DNA of 63,391 nucleotides, filler included, from Nitrospinae bacterium RIFCSPLOWO2_12_FULL_45_22 (GTDB lineage: Bacteria; 2-12-FULL-45-22), in NCBI GenBank assembly GCA_001803565.1. It is 5 parts of 5 records of this genome, joined end to end, with 100 filler letters (N's around TTAATTAATTAA, not from the genome) between each part and the next. Parts side by side here need not be neighbours in the genome. Positions count along the whole stretch, not along the records: positions 1 to 20,355 come from MHDQ01000001.1; 4 more parts are not named here. One strand, 5' to 3'. The notes beneath the pieces are model-generated. The model searched no databases. It saw only the letters and a program-made list of their open reading frames with translations, and had not been told where the DNA came from. Numbering within the stretch: position 1 is the stretch's first letter; each line of letters starts with the position of its first letter. The position numbers and the translations under genes were made by a program. This document shows, piece after piece, positions 1-9,715 of this stretch.

Positions 1-13
1 AGGGTTTGTCAAG

Positions 14-42
14 TTGACAAAGTAAATAAGCCCGCCTATACT
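14..42 (+). promoter_or_regulatory. sigma70-type promoter upstream of the menaquinone operon, overlapped by a perfect palindrome
   Basis: TTGACA (14-19), 17-nt spacer, TATACT (37-42); TTTGTCAA-G-TTGACAAA palindrome at 5-21. Confidence 0.7.
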
Positions 43-126
43 GATTGGGTCACAATAAAGGAAGCTGGGTAGATAATGCTCCTGCGTCTTATCATAAATA
101 AGGATAGAGGCTAGATTATAATTCAT

Positions 127-1572
127 ATGGGGTATGGACACTTAGCAGAGTTTGTGGCTTGCCTGGAACGAGCTGGTGAACTGAAGCGGATCAAGGTGGA
201 GACCGACTCGTATTTAGAGATCAGTCAAATTACTGATCGGGTATGTAAGAGCCGGGGGCCTGCATTGTTGTTTGAACGGGTTAAAGGGTTCAATATGCCG
301 GTGCTAACCAATACTTTTGGGTCTTATAAGCGGATGTCCCTTGCGCTGGGTGTGAATGACCTGGAGGAAGTGAGTAAAAAAATAGAATCCCTCTTAGAGA
401 TGGGAATCCCTCAGGGCCTCATCCAGAAGCTCCGCTTGATACCTAAATATGCCCGCCTAATGGGCTATATACCAGAGGTAGTTAAGAAAGGGTCTTGCCA
501 GGAAGTAATTTATCAAAATGATGCTTCGTTTGGCCGGCTGCCCATATTACAATACTGGCCTAAAGATGGCGGACGCTACTTAACCGCTACCCAGGTATTT
601 ACTAAAAACCTGGAGGATGGCAGGCGTAATGTAGGGATGTACCGGATGCAAGTCTATGACGATCATCGGACAGGGCTCCATTGCCATATCCATCATGATG
701 GATATAGGGTATTCAGGCAATACCAGGAGGCCCAGACGAATATGGAAGTAGCAATAGCTTTGGGGGGTGATCCCGCGGTTACTTACGCGGCTAGTGCCCC
801 TATGCCCTGGGGAATGGATGAGCTATTGCTAGCGGGGTTTCTTAGAGGTAAGAAGGTAGAGCTGGTAAAATGCAAGACAATAGATTTAGAAGTGCCGGGC
901 AATGCTGAGATAATACTGGAGGGTTATGTAGACCCAGGAGAGATGGCTGAAGAAGGTCCTTTTGGTGACCATACGGGGTATTACTCACCACCCGACTATT
1001 ATCCGGTCTTCCATCTGACCTGTATAACCCACCGACAAAACCCTATCTTCCCAGCTATTTTGGTAGGGAAACCCCCGATGGAAGATGCCTTTTTAGGCAA
1101 AGCTACTGAGAGAATCTTCCTACCCCTTATCAGAAGCCAGGTACCAGAGATTATTGATCTGAACCTTCCAGTAGAAGGCGGGTTCCATAACCTGGCGATT
1201 GTTTCTATCAAAAAAGAATACCCTTTTCATGCCCGTAAAGTTATGCATAGCTTATGGGGTTTAGGTCAGTTGATGTTTCTCAAGGTTATTATTATAGTAG
1301 ATGAAGATGTGGATGTGCATAACTGGTCAGAGGTGATCTGGAAAGTAGGGAACAGTATTGATCCTAAGCGGGATATTTGTTTTGCTGATGGGCCAGTAGA
1401 TGTGCTGGATCATGCCTCTTATCTACCTATGGTGGGTTCTAAGATGGGGATTGATGCTACCAAGAAATGGCGTGAGGAAGGGTATGACCGGGTCTGGCCA
1501 GAAGAGGCCCGCATGAGTCCGGAGATAGTCCAACTGGTAGAGAAAAGGTGGAAGGAATATGGGCTGGGATAA
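127..1572 (+). CDS. mqnL: UbiD-family menaquinone biosynthesis decarboxylase (futalosine pathway)
   Basis: EGPFGDHTGYY and LDH...GSKMGIDAT UbiD motifs; next to a UbiA prenyltransferase and MqnE. Confidence 0.9.
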   Translation: MGYGHLAEFVACLERAGELKRIKVETDSYLEISQITDRVCKSRGPALLFERVKGFNMPVLTNTFGSYKRMSLALGVNDLEEVSKKIESLLEMGIPQGLIQKLRLIPKYARLMGYIPEVVKKGSCQEVIYQNDASFGRLPILQYWPKDGGRYLTATQVFTKNLEDGRRNVGMYRMQVYDDHRTGLHCHIHHDGYRVFRQYQEAQTNMEVAIALGGDPAVTYAASAPMPWGMDELLLAGFLRGKKVELVKCKTIDLEVPGNAEIILEGYVDPGEMAEEGPFGDHTGYYSPPDYYPVFHLTCITHRQNPIFPAILVGKPPMEDAFLGKATERIFLPLIRSQVPEIIDLNLPVEGGFHNLAIVSIKKEYPFHARKVMHSLWGLGQLMFLKVIIIVDEDVDVHNWSEVIWKVGNSIDPKRDICFADGPVDVLDHASYLPMVGSKMGIDATKKWREEGYDRVWPEEARMSPEIVQLVEKRWKEYGLG

Positions 1573-2410
1573 GCTAAAGGTTATTCTACAGGATATAAAA
1601 TTCCAGCATAGTATCTTTGCCTTACCGTTCGCCTTAATGAGTGCCTTTTTAGCCGCTCAGGGCATCCCTCCTCTGAATAAACTCCTCTGGATATTAGTGG
1701 CCATGGTATCGGCCCGAAGTAGTGCCATGGCCTTTAATCGGATGGTAGACTTTAAGTATGACCGGCTAAATCCCCGCACCCAGGCCTGGGCCTTACCTGC
1801 TGGCCAGATAAATCTATGGCAGTACGGGTTATTTTTAGCCCTAAACCTGGGGCTTTTCTTTTTTGCCTGTTACTCGCTTAATAGCCTGGCCTTTTACCTC
1901 GCCCCAGTGGCTATTGCTATAATCTTTTTCTACTCCTTTACTAAGCGCCTTACCTATTTGAACCATTTATTCCTGGGCCTGGCCCTTGGTATAGCTCCAG
2001 TTGGGGCCTGGATCGCCATAAGAGAAGAGCTATCCATAGAAGCCCTATTGCTCTCTGGCGCTGTACTGTTCTGGGTGGCAGGGTTTGATATTTTATATGC
2101 CTGTCAGGATGTAATATTTGATCGGCAGCAAGGGCTATATTCCTGCCCAGCCAGGTTTGGCATTGCGGAGGCCCTGGTATTTGCCCGAAGGCTGCATACC
2201 GGGATGATTATCCTACTCTTGCTGTTAGTTATAGTATCTCCTTTAAAATACCTATATCTGACCGGGGTATTACTGGTAGCTATTATGCTTGGCTATGAAC
2301 ATTCCTTAGTGAAACCCCATGATCTCTCCCGCTTAAATACCGCCTTTTTTACCCTGAATGGTGCCGTCAGTCTGGTCCTTATGGTCTTTACGATCATGGA
2401 GTTATTATGA
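1559..2410 (+). CDS. mqnP: UbiA-family prenyltransferase (MqnP-like)
   Basis: IKFQHSIFALPFA, AMAFNRMVDFKYDRLNPRT, GFDILYACQD; multiple TM helices. Confidence 0.88.
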   Translation: MGWDKLKVILQDIKFQHSIFALPFALMSAFLAAQGIPPLNKLLWILVAMVSARSSAMAFNRMVDFKYDRLNPRTQAWALPAGQINLWQYGLFLALNLGLFFFACYSLNSLAFYLAPVAIAIIFFYSFTKRLTYLNHLFLGLALGIAPVGAWIAIREELSIEALLLSGAVLFWVAGFDILYACQDVIFDRQQGLYSCPARFGIAEALVFARRLHTGMIILLLLLVIVSPLKYLYLTGVLLVAIMLGYEHSLVKPHDLSRLNTAFFTLNGAVSLVLMVFTIMELL

Positions 2411-3516
2411 GCACAGAAATCAACTTTTCGGATGCGGCATTAAAGACGATGGAAGAAAAGATAAGAGCGGGTGAACGTCTCTCTTTTGCTGATGGGTTGA
2501 CCCTTTTCCAGTCGCACGATCTGCTGGGAATCGGCTATTTAGCCAATATAGTGCGGGAGAGGTTCAATGATAACCGGACCTATTTCATCTACAACCGCCA
2601 TATTAACTATAGCAACACCTGTGAGAACCGGTGCTATTTCTGTGCCTTTAGCCGCGACAGAGCCGAGCCTGGGGCCTTTACCCTGAGTTTGGCTGAGGTC
2701 TTAGAAAAGGCTTCACAGGTTGCCAAAGAGCCAATAACAGAGTTTCATATTGTGGGGGGACTTAATCCTGACCTGCCTTTCTCCTATTATCTGGACATGT
2801 TACGTGAGCTAAAAAAACTTTACCCGCAGGTTCATCTCCAGGCCTTCACGGCTGTCGAGGTGGATTATTTTTCTCGGATAGCTGGTTTGTCGCTGGAAGA
2901 TACCTTGAAGGAGCTAGCCACCGCCGGGTTAGGTTCTCTGCCTGGGGGCGGTGCCGAGGTCTTTAGCCCCCGGGTCAGGCAAGCCTTATGCCCGAAGAAG
3001 ATATCGGGAGAGAGGTGGCTGGAGGTGATGCAAGCGGCTCACCATCTGGGTATTAAAAGCAATGCCACTATGCTCTATGGTCATATTGAAACTCCGGAAG
3101 AGCGGATTGACCACTTGATGAAGCTACGAGAGCTGCAGGATAAGACCCAGGGCTTTATGACCTTTATCCCCCTGGCCTTCCATCCACAAAATACTCAATT
3201 GGCTCATCTGCCTCCTACCACTGGGTTTCTGGATTTGAAGACCCTGGCTATCAGCCGCTTGATGCTGGATAATTTCCCTCATATCAAGGCCTTCTGGATC
3301 ATGTTAGGATTAAAATTAGCCCAGCTCTCCCTTAGCTTTGGCGTAGATGACCTGGATGGGACGGTAATAGAAGAGAAGATTACCCATGCTGCCGGTGCCC
3401 AGACCGCGCAGGGTGTGAGCCAGCAAGAACTGATCCAGGTGATCGAAGAAGCAGGTCGTATCCCGGTAGAGCGAGATACCGTCTATAATCTTATCCCAAA
3501 AACCAGCAGTAGGTGA
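2407..3516 (+). CDS. mqnE: Aminofutalosine synthase (radical SAM)
   Basis: CENRCYFC radical SAM motif, LPGGGAE, NATMLYGHIE, HIKAFW, DDLDGTVIEEKITHAAGA. Confidence 0.9.
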   Translation: MSTEINFSDAALKTMEEKIRAGERLSFADGLTLFQSHDLLGIGYLANIVRERFNDNRTYFIYNRHINYSNTCENRCYFCAFSRDRAEPGAFTLSLAEVLEKASQVAKEPITEFHIVGGLNPDLPFSYYLDMLRELKKLYPQVHLQAFTAVEVDYFSRIAGLSLEDTLKELATAGLGSLPGGGAEVFSPRVRQALCPKKISGERWLEVMQAAHHLGIKSNATMLYGHIETPEERIDHLMKLRELQDKTQGFMTFIPLAFHPQNTQLAHLPPTTGFLDLKTLAISRLMLDNFPHIKAFWIMLGLKLAQLSLSFGVDDLDGTVIEEKITHAAGAQTAQGVSQQELIQVIEEAGRIPVERDTVYNLIPKTSSR

Positions 3517-3592
3517 AACACAAATCTTCACTTACCTTTTTCTCAAAAAAAAAGACAACCAGGAGGAAAGCAAAGAGTTTTTGGCATCCTTC

Positions 3593-3757
3593 AAAAGTAG
3601 TTAACAATTTGACAAAAGGAAAATAGTTTTTTAACCCTTCACCGCAGAGAGCGCAGAGCCCACGGAGAGGCTAAAGAGTAGTTTTCTCTGCGATCTCTGC
3701 GTGCTCTGTGGTAAATTAGTAAAATGATTTTATTGACTAAAAGTGTTAACTACTTTT
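3593..3757. repeat. Nested palindromic intergenic element
   Basis: Outer IR AAAAGTAGTTAACA (3593-3606)/TGTTAACTACTTTT (3744-3757) enclosing inner IR CACCGCAGAGAGCGCAGAG ... CTCTGCGTGCTCTGTGGT. Confidence 0.7.
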
Positions 3758-3863
3758 TGGCCGAAGTGAATGAGGCTGAGTTTTTGTATTTGAAAAATGG
3801 GTCACTTGTAAGTTATATTAATAATATCTGATAGGCATTTCTGTTGGAGGAGGGACTAGATAG

Positions 3864-4121
3864 ATGAAAGCGGGAATTCATCCTGAATATTTTGATACTA
3901 CTATAGTCTGTGCCTGTGGTGAGGCTATCCAAACCCGGTCTACCAAAAAAGACTACCGGGTGGAAATATGTTCCAAGTGTCATCCCTTTTTTACTGGGAA
4001 ACAGAAGCTAATAGACTCTGCGGGACGGGTGGAGCGCTTTAGGAAAAAATATAGCAGGCGGGAGAAAGGCAAGGAGGCAGTCGTAGGGAGTGAGGAGCAA
4101 GGAGTGGGGAGTAAGGAGTGA
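3864..4121 (+). CDS. rpmE: 50S ribosomal protein L31 (Zn-binding type) with repeat-derived C-terminal tail
   Basis: [32 protein letters not shown]. Confidence 0.97.
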   Translation: MKAGIHPEYFDTTIVCACGEAIQTRSTKKDYRVEICSKCHPFFTGKQKLIDSAGRVERFRKKYSRREKGKEAVVGSEEQGVGSKE

Positions 4122-4133
4122 TTTAGGTTTTAT

Positions 4134-4835
4134 ATGAAGGTTATACTTTTACAAGCTACCCCTGACCCATTAAAGGCAGTAGCAAAGGCTGCCAGGCTCT
4201 GTTACTCGAGTTCGAACATAATGGATCTGGTCAATACCGATAGTGCCGAGGAGGAGGCTGAGCTGGTTGCCAGGATCGTTTCTTTAGGGCATCATTCAGT
4301 ATTGGAGCATGCCAGCTTTACTTTTGGTATTGAGGGTATCTCAAGGGTCACTTCCCATCAGCTTGTGCGGCACCGTATTGCTTCTTATTCCCAGCAGAGT
4401 CAAAGATATGTGAAACAAAAAGGGCAATTCCCTTATCTTATACCACCCACTATCCAAAATAATCCAGGGCTCAGGATAGAGTATGAAAAAATGATGGGTA
4501 CCATTCAGCAGCTTTACGATAAGTGCATATCCCAGGATATACCGGCAGAAGATGCCCGGTATCTATTGCCTAATGCCTGTGAAACTAAGGTCATAACCAC
4601 TATGAATGCCAGGGAATTAAGGCACTTTTTCCGGCTGCGGTGTTGCCGTCGTGCCCAATGGGAGATTAGGGAGATGGCGAAGCAGATGCTGAGGCTGGTG
4701 ATAGAAAAAGCCCAGGCATTGTTTCAAGGCGCTGGGCCAATATGCCTGGTCGGGCCGTGTCCAGAAGGCTCATTAGGCTGCGGTAACCCCGAAGAAGTCC
4801 GCATAGAATTCCGCTATTTATTAGATAAATACTAA
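4134..4835 (+). CDS. thyX: FAD-dependent thymidylate synthase
   Basis: GHHSVLEH, RHRIASYSQQSQRY ThyX signature, AQWEIR. Confidence 0.96.
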   Translation: MKVILLQATPDPLKAVAKAARLCYSSSNIMDLVNTDSAEEEAELVARIVSLGHHSVLEHASFTFGIEGISRVTSHQLVRHRIASYSQQSQRYVKQKGQFPYLIPPTIQNNPGLRIEYEKMMGTIQQLYDKCISQDIPAEDARYLLPNACETKVITTMNARELRHFFRLRCCRRAQWEIREMAKQMLRLVIEKAQALFQGAGPICLVGPCPEGSLGCGNPEEVRIEFRYLLDKY

Positions 4836-4956
4836 ATTCGAAATCCTAAATCCTAAACAAATGCGAATGATTAAAATTCAAAACTATAAAATGCTTTGGG
4901 ATTTGGATCTAGGATCTTGATATTGTTTAGGATTTAGTGCTTAGGATTTAGAATTT
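4834..4956. repeat. AAATCCT-periodic imperfect inverted repeat
   Basis: AAATTCGAAATCCTAAATCCTAAACAA ... TTGTTTAGGATTTAGTGCTTAGGATTTAGAATTT; related arms occur near 44250-44380. Confidence 0.7.
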
Positions 4957-5019
4957 GATCCGCTGGGTTGGTATGAGTAAATGTGACAATATTGTGTTAA
5001 TGGGGTGTTAGATTAAGCT

Positions 5020-6090
5020 ATGCTGAATAGATTAGAACAGTTAGAAAAAAGGCACCAGGAATTAACCGAACGGCTGAGCAATCCACAGATTCTTAGCCAG
5101 CAAGGGGAGTATCAGAAACTGGTTAAAGAACATGGAGAACACTCTAAGCTCCTTCAAGTATTTGCGCAATATAAACGAGCATTAGAGGATATTGCTAAAG
5201 ATGAGGTCATTATTAAAGATGAGGCCGAGGACAAGGAGTTGAGGGATTTAGCCCGGCAAGACCAGGAAGAGCTAGAGAAAAAAAGGGTGGAGTTAGAGCA
5301 AAAGATCCGGCTACTATTGATCCCTAAAGACCCCAAAGATGATAAGAATATCATTTTAGAGATAAGGGCTGGCACTGGAGGGGAAGAAGCAGCCCTTTTT
5401 GTCGCTGATTTATTCCGCATGTACGGCAAATATGCCGAGAAAGAGAGATGGAGAGTACAGATGATAAATGCCCATCCTACCGGCATAGGGGGTTTTAAAG
5501 AAGCCATTGCCAGCATTGAAGGTAAAGGGGTTTACAGCAAGCTGAAGCACGAGAGTGGTACCCATCGGGTACAACGCATCCCCAGAACAGAGACCTCTGG
5601 TAGGATCCATACCTCAGCCGTCACAGTAGCGGTATTACCCGAGGCAGAAGAAATTGAAGTAGAGATAAACCCCGAAGATATCCGGGTAGATGTATTCCGC
5701 TCTTCTGGCCCTGGGGGGCAGAGTGTGAATACTACCGATTCCGCCGTACGGATTACCCATATCCCGACGGGAATAGTAGTGAGCTGTCAAGACGAAAAAT
5801 CCCAACACAAGAATAAGGCCAAGGCTATGAAGGTGCTACGGGCCAGGCTGCTGGATAAGCTGGAACAAGAGCAGCAGGCAGAGATCTCGCGGAATAGGAA
5901 AAATCAGATAGGTAGTGGTGATCGTAGTGAAAGGGTTCGTACCTATAACTTTCCCCAAAACCGGCTTACAGATCACCGTATTGGCTTAACCCTGTATAAG
6001 CTAGATTCTATTATGGAAGGAGAACTGGATGAGCTGGTGGAGGCAATGACCTTGTTAGATCAAGAGCATGCCCTGGCCCAGGTAGAGTGA
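5020..6090 (+). CDS. prfA: Peptide chain release factor 1
   Basis: [14 protein letters not shown] (PxT) anticodon motif, GPGGQSVN. Confidence 0.97.
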   Translation: MLNRLEQLEKRHQELTERLSNPQILSQQGEYQKLVKEHGEHSKLLQVFAQYKRALEDIAKDEVIIKDEAEDKELRDLARQDQEELEKKRVELEQKIRLLLIPKDPKDDKNIILEIRAGTGGEEAALFVADLFRMYGKYAEKERWRVQMINAHPTGIGGFKEAIASIEGKGVYSKLKHESGTHRVQRIPRTETSGRIHTSAVTVAVLPEAEEIEVEINPEDIRVDVFRSSGPGGQSVNTTDSAVRITHIPTGIVVSCQDEKSQHKNKAKAMKVLRARLLDKLEQEQQAEISRNRKNQIGSGDRSERVRTYNFPQNRLTDHRIGLTLYKLDSIMEGELDELVEAMTLLDQEHALAQVE

Positions 6091-6092
6091 AC

Positions 6093-6170
6093 GTCATTAA
6101 TCACCTGTCATTAGTCATTAGGTTAAAGCCTTGTAGCTCTGCATTAACCAATGACTAATGACCAATGATG
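6093..6170. repeat. GTCATTA-periodic palindromic element
   Basis: GTCATTAGTCATTAGGTT ... AACCAATGACTAATGAC; inverted homolog at 39809-39886. Confidence 0.75.
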
Positions 6171-6195
6171 TCGCTTATAGAGGCTTAAGGTCCAA

Positions 6196-7119
6196 ATGGT
6201 TACAAAAGCTAAAAGGGTTAGCTATTCGAAGACGGTTGCTCAGGCATTAAAATGGGCCGTTGCTTACTTGAAAAGAAGAGGGATTACCCAGCCCAACCTG
6301 GATGCTGAGGTTCTCCTGGGCCATACCCTGGCATTAGATAAGTCAGCCCTTTATTTCCAGCTCAACCACCCTATCTCTCCTACTGAATTAGCAACTTTTC
6401 GGCAAAGGATATATCGCCGCAGCCGACACGAGCCAGTAGCCTATATTATCGGCCAGAAAGAGTTCTGGTCCCTGGATTTTTCTGTCGGGCCAGAGGTATT
6501 AATCCCTCGTCCCGAGACCGAATTTTTGGTAGAAGAGACCCTGAAAATTGCCCAGGGTATGGACAAGGGTAATATTAAAATATTAGATATAGGCACTGGT
6601 AGTGGCAATATTGCTATAGCCTTAGCCAGAGAATTGGGCAGTTGTTGGATATTAGCCCTGGATATTTCCTTTAAGGCCTTGCTCCTGGCAATAAACAATA
6701 TCCAGAAACATGAGGTAGAAAAGAGGGTACAGCTTATTGCCAGCGATCTTTTTCAGCCTTTGAAACGAGCCGGCGCTTCCTTCCATATTATCCTATCCAA
6801 CCCACCTTATATTGCTGAGGAAGATTGGGAGTATCTCCCTCCTGATGTAAAGGAATATGAACCGAGGTTAGCCCTGGATGGAGGGGCAAAGGGGGATAGA
6901 TTTTTAAGGCGTATTATCCATGAAGCCCCGGACTATCTCTTGCCAGATGGATTTCTCCTCCTGGAACTGGGCCATAATCAGGCAGAAGCAGTTCAGTCCT
7001 GGGTAGAAAAAGAGCCTCGCCTTGACTGGATCAGCATCATACCTGATTATTCAAGCATCCCTCGAGTAGTGGTTATAAAAAAATTGCCTATTCACCGCGG
7101 AGCGCAGAGAACGCTGTGA
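6196..7119 (+). CDS. prmC: Release factor glutamine methyltransferase
   Basis: VLIPRPETE, LDIGTGSG, SNPPY; follows prfA. Confidence 0.96.
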   Translation: MVTKAKRVSYSKTVAQALKWAVAYLKRRGITQPNLDAEVLLGHTLALDKSALYFQLNHPISPTELATFRQRIYRRSRHEPVAYIIGQKEFWSLDFSVGPEVLIPRPETEFLVEETLKIAQGMDKGNIKILDIGTGSGNIAIALARELGSCWILALDISFKALLLAINNIQKHEVEKRVQLIASDLFQPLKRAGASFHIILSNPPYIAEEDWEYLPPDVKEYEPRLALDGGAKGDRFLRRIIHEAPDYLLPDGFLLLELGHNQAEAVQSWVEKEPRLDWISIIPDYSSIPRVVVIKKLPIHRGAQRTL

Positions 7120-7134
7120 TGAAACAACGGAGAC

Positions 7135-7431
7135 GTAACCGTTCACCCGAGTGAGTTTTCTTAGCCACCAAGGCACAAAGACACCAGGGAAACGTAAAAC
7201 GCAAAGCTAAAAGTGCAAAGCTGAGGAATAATTACCTTAGTGCTTCATTTCATAAATACAGTTACGTATTATGCCTATTTTTAACCTCTCCTGTATTCCT
7301 GGTTTCCTTATCATAAGCACTTTCTCTCAAATACGTCACCGTAATTATGGATTAGAGCACTTAGTTTTACACTTTGCCTTTTAAGCTTTGAGCTCCTGAG
7401 TGGCTTGGTGCCTTGGTGGCTGAATGATTAC
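7135..7431. mobile_element. MITE-like element (GTAACCGTTCA family) with nested periodic arms
   Basis: Left end GTAACCGTTCA, right end TGAATGATTAC; inner IR AGCCACCAAGGCAC/GTGCCTTGGTGGCT; same family as 57073-57280. Confidence 0.7.
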
Positions 7432-7446
7432 CAGAGGAGAAATTTC

Positions 7447-8703
7447 TTGGAAAAGATTGAGATTATAGGCGGCAGAGCATTAAATGGTAAAGTACAGATC
7501 AGCGGCTGTAAAAACTCTACCCTGCCTATCCTGGCCACCACCTTGCTCTCTAAAGGAGTACATCGGTTAAAAAATGTCCCACGGTTGAGAGATGTAACTA
7601 CTTTCTGCCGACTCTTGGCGGGCATGGGCGCTGAAATCGTGGGGAGGCAAGGAGAGCGGGAATTACTCGTGGATACCACGGGCATAGATAAGTTAGAGGC
7701 CCCTTATGACCTGGTAAGGACTATGCGGGCTTCAGTACTGGTGCTGGGGCCATTACTAGCCCACTATGGAGAAGCAAGAGTATCTTTACCTGGTGGTTGT
7801 GCTATAGGGGCCCGGCCTATTGACCAGCATCTCAAAGGGTTGAAGCTCATGGGTGCCGAGATAGAGTTAATAGAAGGATATATCTATGCCCGGGCAAGGA
7901 GATTGCGAGGGGCTCCTATATATCTTGATATATCTACCGTCACTGGCACTGAGAACCTTATGCTGGCCGCTTGCCTGGCCGATGGTAAGACCATAATAGA
8001 AAATGCGGCCTGCGAACCTGAGGTAATAGAGCTAGCCCAAACGCTAATAGATAGCGGTGCCCGGATATATGGGGCTGGGACAGGTTCTTTAGAGATCCAT
8101 GGTGTCACCAGCTTATCACCTATAGAACATTCCATTGGCCCGGATCGTATTGAAGCCGGGACTTTTGCTATTGCGGCAGCTATTACTCAAGGAGAAGTGG
8201 AGATAGTGGGCTGTATCCCCGAACACCTTAGGGCCCTTATTATTAAACTGAAAGAAGCAGGGGTTAAACTAGAATTAGCCGACCACTCGTTACTGGTTCA
8301 GGGGCCGGCTGCGATAAAGCCTGTTAATATAGAGACCCTGCCCTATCCCGGTTTCCCTACGGACCTGCAAGCCCAGTTTATGGCCCTGATGTGCCTGGCA
8401 GAAGGCTCTAGTATAATCAAAGAGAATGTCTTCGAGAACCGCTTCATGCATGTCGCTGAGCTGCGGAGGATGGGAGCAGATATCCAGATTCAAGGGAGTA
8501 CCGCCTTAGTCAGAGGAGTAAAAGACCTTAAAGGGGCCTCGGTGATGGCAACAGATTTACGGGCCAGTGCTGCCTTAATTGTAGCCGGTTTAGCATCTAA
8601 GGGTGAAACTGTTGTTCACCGTATATACCATTTAGATCGAGGGTATGAACGGATCGAAGAGAAGCTCTCTTTATTAGGGGCAGACATAAAGAGGATACCA
8701 TGA
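7447..8703 (+). CDS. murA: UDP-N-acetylglucosamine 1-carboxyvinyltransferase
   Basis: [11 protein letters not shown] with catalytic Cys, [21 protein letters not shown] start at 7447 after GAGGAG (the ORF-track start 7405 lies in the MITE). Confidence 0.96.
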   Translation: MEKIEIIGGRALNGKVQISGCKNSTLPILATTLLSKGVHRLKNVPRLRDVTTFCRLLAGMGAEIVGRQGERELLVDTTGIDKLEAPYDLVRTMRASVLVLGPLLAHYGEARVSLPGGCAIGARPIDQHLKGLKLMGAEIELIEGYIYARARRLRGAPIYLDISTVTGTENLMLAACLADGKTIIENAACEPEVIELAQTLIDSGARIYGAGTGSLEIHGVTSLSPIEHSIGPDRIEAGTFAIAAAITQGEVEIVGCIPEHLRALIIKLKEAGVKLELADHSLLVQGPAAIKPVNIETLPYPGFPTDLQAQFMALMCLAEGSSIIKENVFENRFMHVAELRRMGADIQIQGSTALVRGVKDLKGASVMATDLRASAALIVAGLASKGETVVHRIYHLDRGYERIEEKLSLLGADIKRIP

Positions 8704-8754
8704 GACATCCATACCACCTTATCCCCTTAATCCTTTTTAAAATAGGGACAGCGC

Positions 8755-9450
8755 CTATTTTTTATTGACAGAGAGCCCGCCGTTTATTGGGGGGGGGAGA
8801 GACCCCTCTAAAATCATCTTTAATTCTTCGATGTGATCAATAAGAAAATCTGGCTCTGCCTCCTCTAATTCCTCTTTACTCCTGAAACCATAGGAAACCC
8901 CGCAGGTATATATGCTGGCCCGTTTGCCACACTCTATATCAATGCCACTATCCCCTACTATCATCACCTGTTTGGGCCTCAGGGCAAATTTTTGGATAAC
9001 CAGATGGATAGAGGCAGGATCAGGCTTCCTGTGGGGTAAGCTATCACCACCTAAAACCATCTTGAAATAAGACCGGATACCTAATCCCTCCAAAACAGGG
9101 AAACAGAATTGATCAGGTTTATTAGAGATTATTATCTTGTCTAAAAACCAAAAACGCTCCAGGATCTCCTTAACACCAGGGAAAAGTACGGTATTATCCA
9201 AGAGATGTTGGCGGTAATATTCGCAGAAGATTTGCCAGGCCCTTTCTAATAGGTCATGATCGTCTCTCCCTAAGCACTGTTCTAGCAGCTTCTTGATACC
9301 CTCGCCCACAAATGTATAGATAATATCCTCTGCAAGGCCGGGTAGGCCCAATACCTGCAGGGTGTGGTTGGCTGCTTGAGCAATATCTTTTTTAGAGTCA
9401 ATCAGGGTGCCATCCAAATCAAAGATAATTAACTTCAAGTTATTGTGCAT
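8755..9450 (-). CDS. gph: HAD-family hydrolase, phosphoglycolate phosphatase-like
   Basis: FDLDGTLIDS, KPDP, VGDSGIDI. Confidence 0.8.
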   Translation of the reverse strand: MHNNLKLIIFDLDGTLIDSKKDIAQAANHTLQVLGLPGLAEDIIYTFVGEGIKKLLEQCLGRDDHDLLERAWQIFCEYYRQHLLDNTVLFPGVKEILERFWFLDKIIISNKPDQFCFPVLEGLGIRSYFKMVLGGDSLPHRKPDPASIHLVIQKFALRPKQVMIVGDSGIDIECGKRASIYTCGVSYGFRSKEELEEAEPDFLIDHIEELKMILEGSLPPPINGGLSVNKK

Positions 9451-9715
9451 ATTTTCCTATTATACTTATATTTCCACAATATTCCAGCAATACCTGACCT
9501 AAATTATAGACCGCCTTTTCTTGCCTATTTTTGGTTTATTAGAAATAGAAAATGCTGGATTCAGAATCCAGCAGAAAGATTTTTATCTCCTGACTCCTAA
9601 CATTTTCTTGTGCCTTCTGTGCCTTTTTGTGGCTAAACTTTTACGTTTATTATTGATTTTTAATTTAATTTATCATAACATTACACTAAATATTCTGTCT
9701 GGGGAGGTGGAGCCC

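Noticed and set aside
7405-7446. ORF-track N-terminal extensions of MurA (and similarly 9521, 12993, 20091)
   Set aside because: They run through repeats or promoter DNA; downstream starts have better RBSs and match family N-termini
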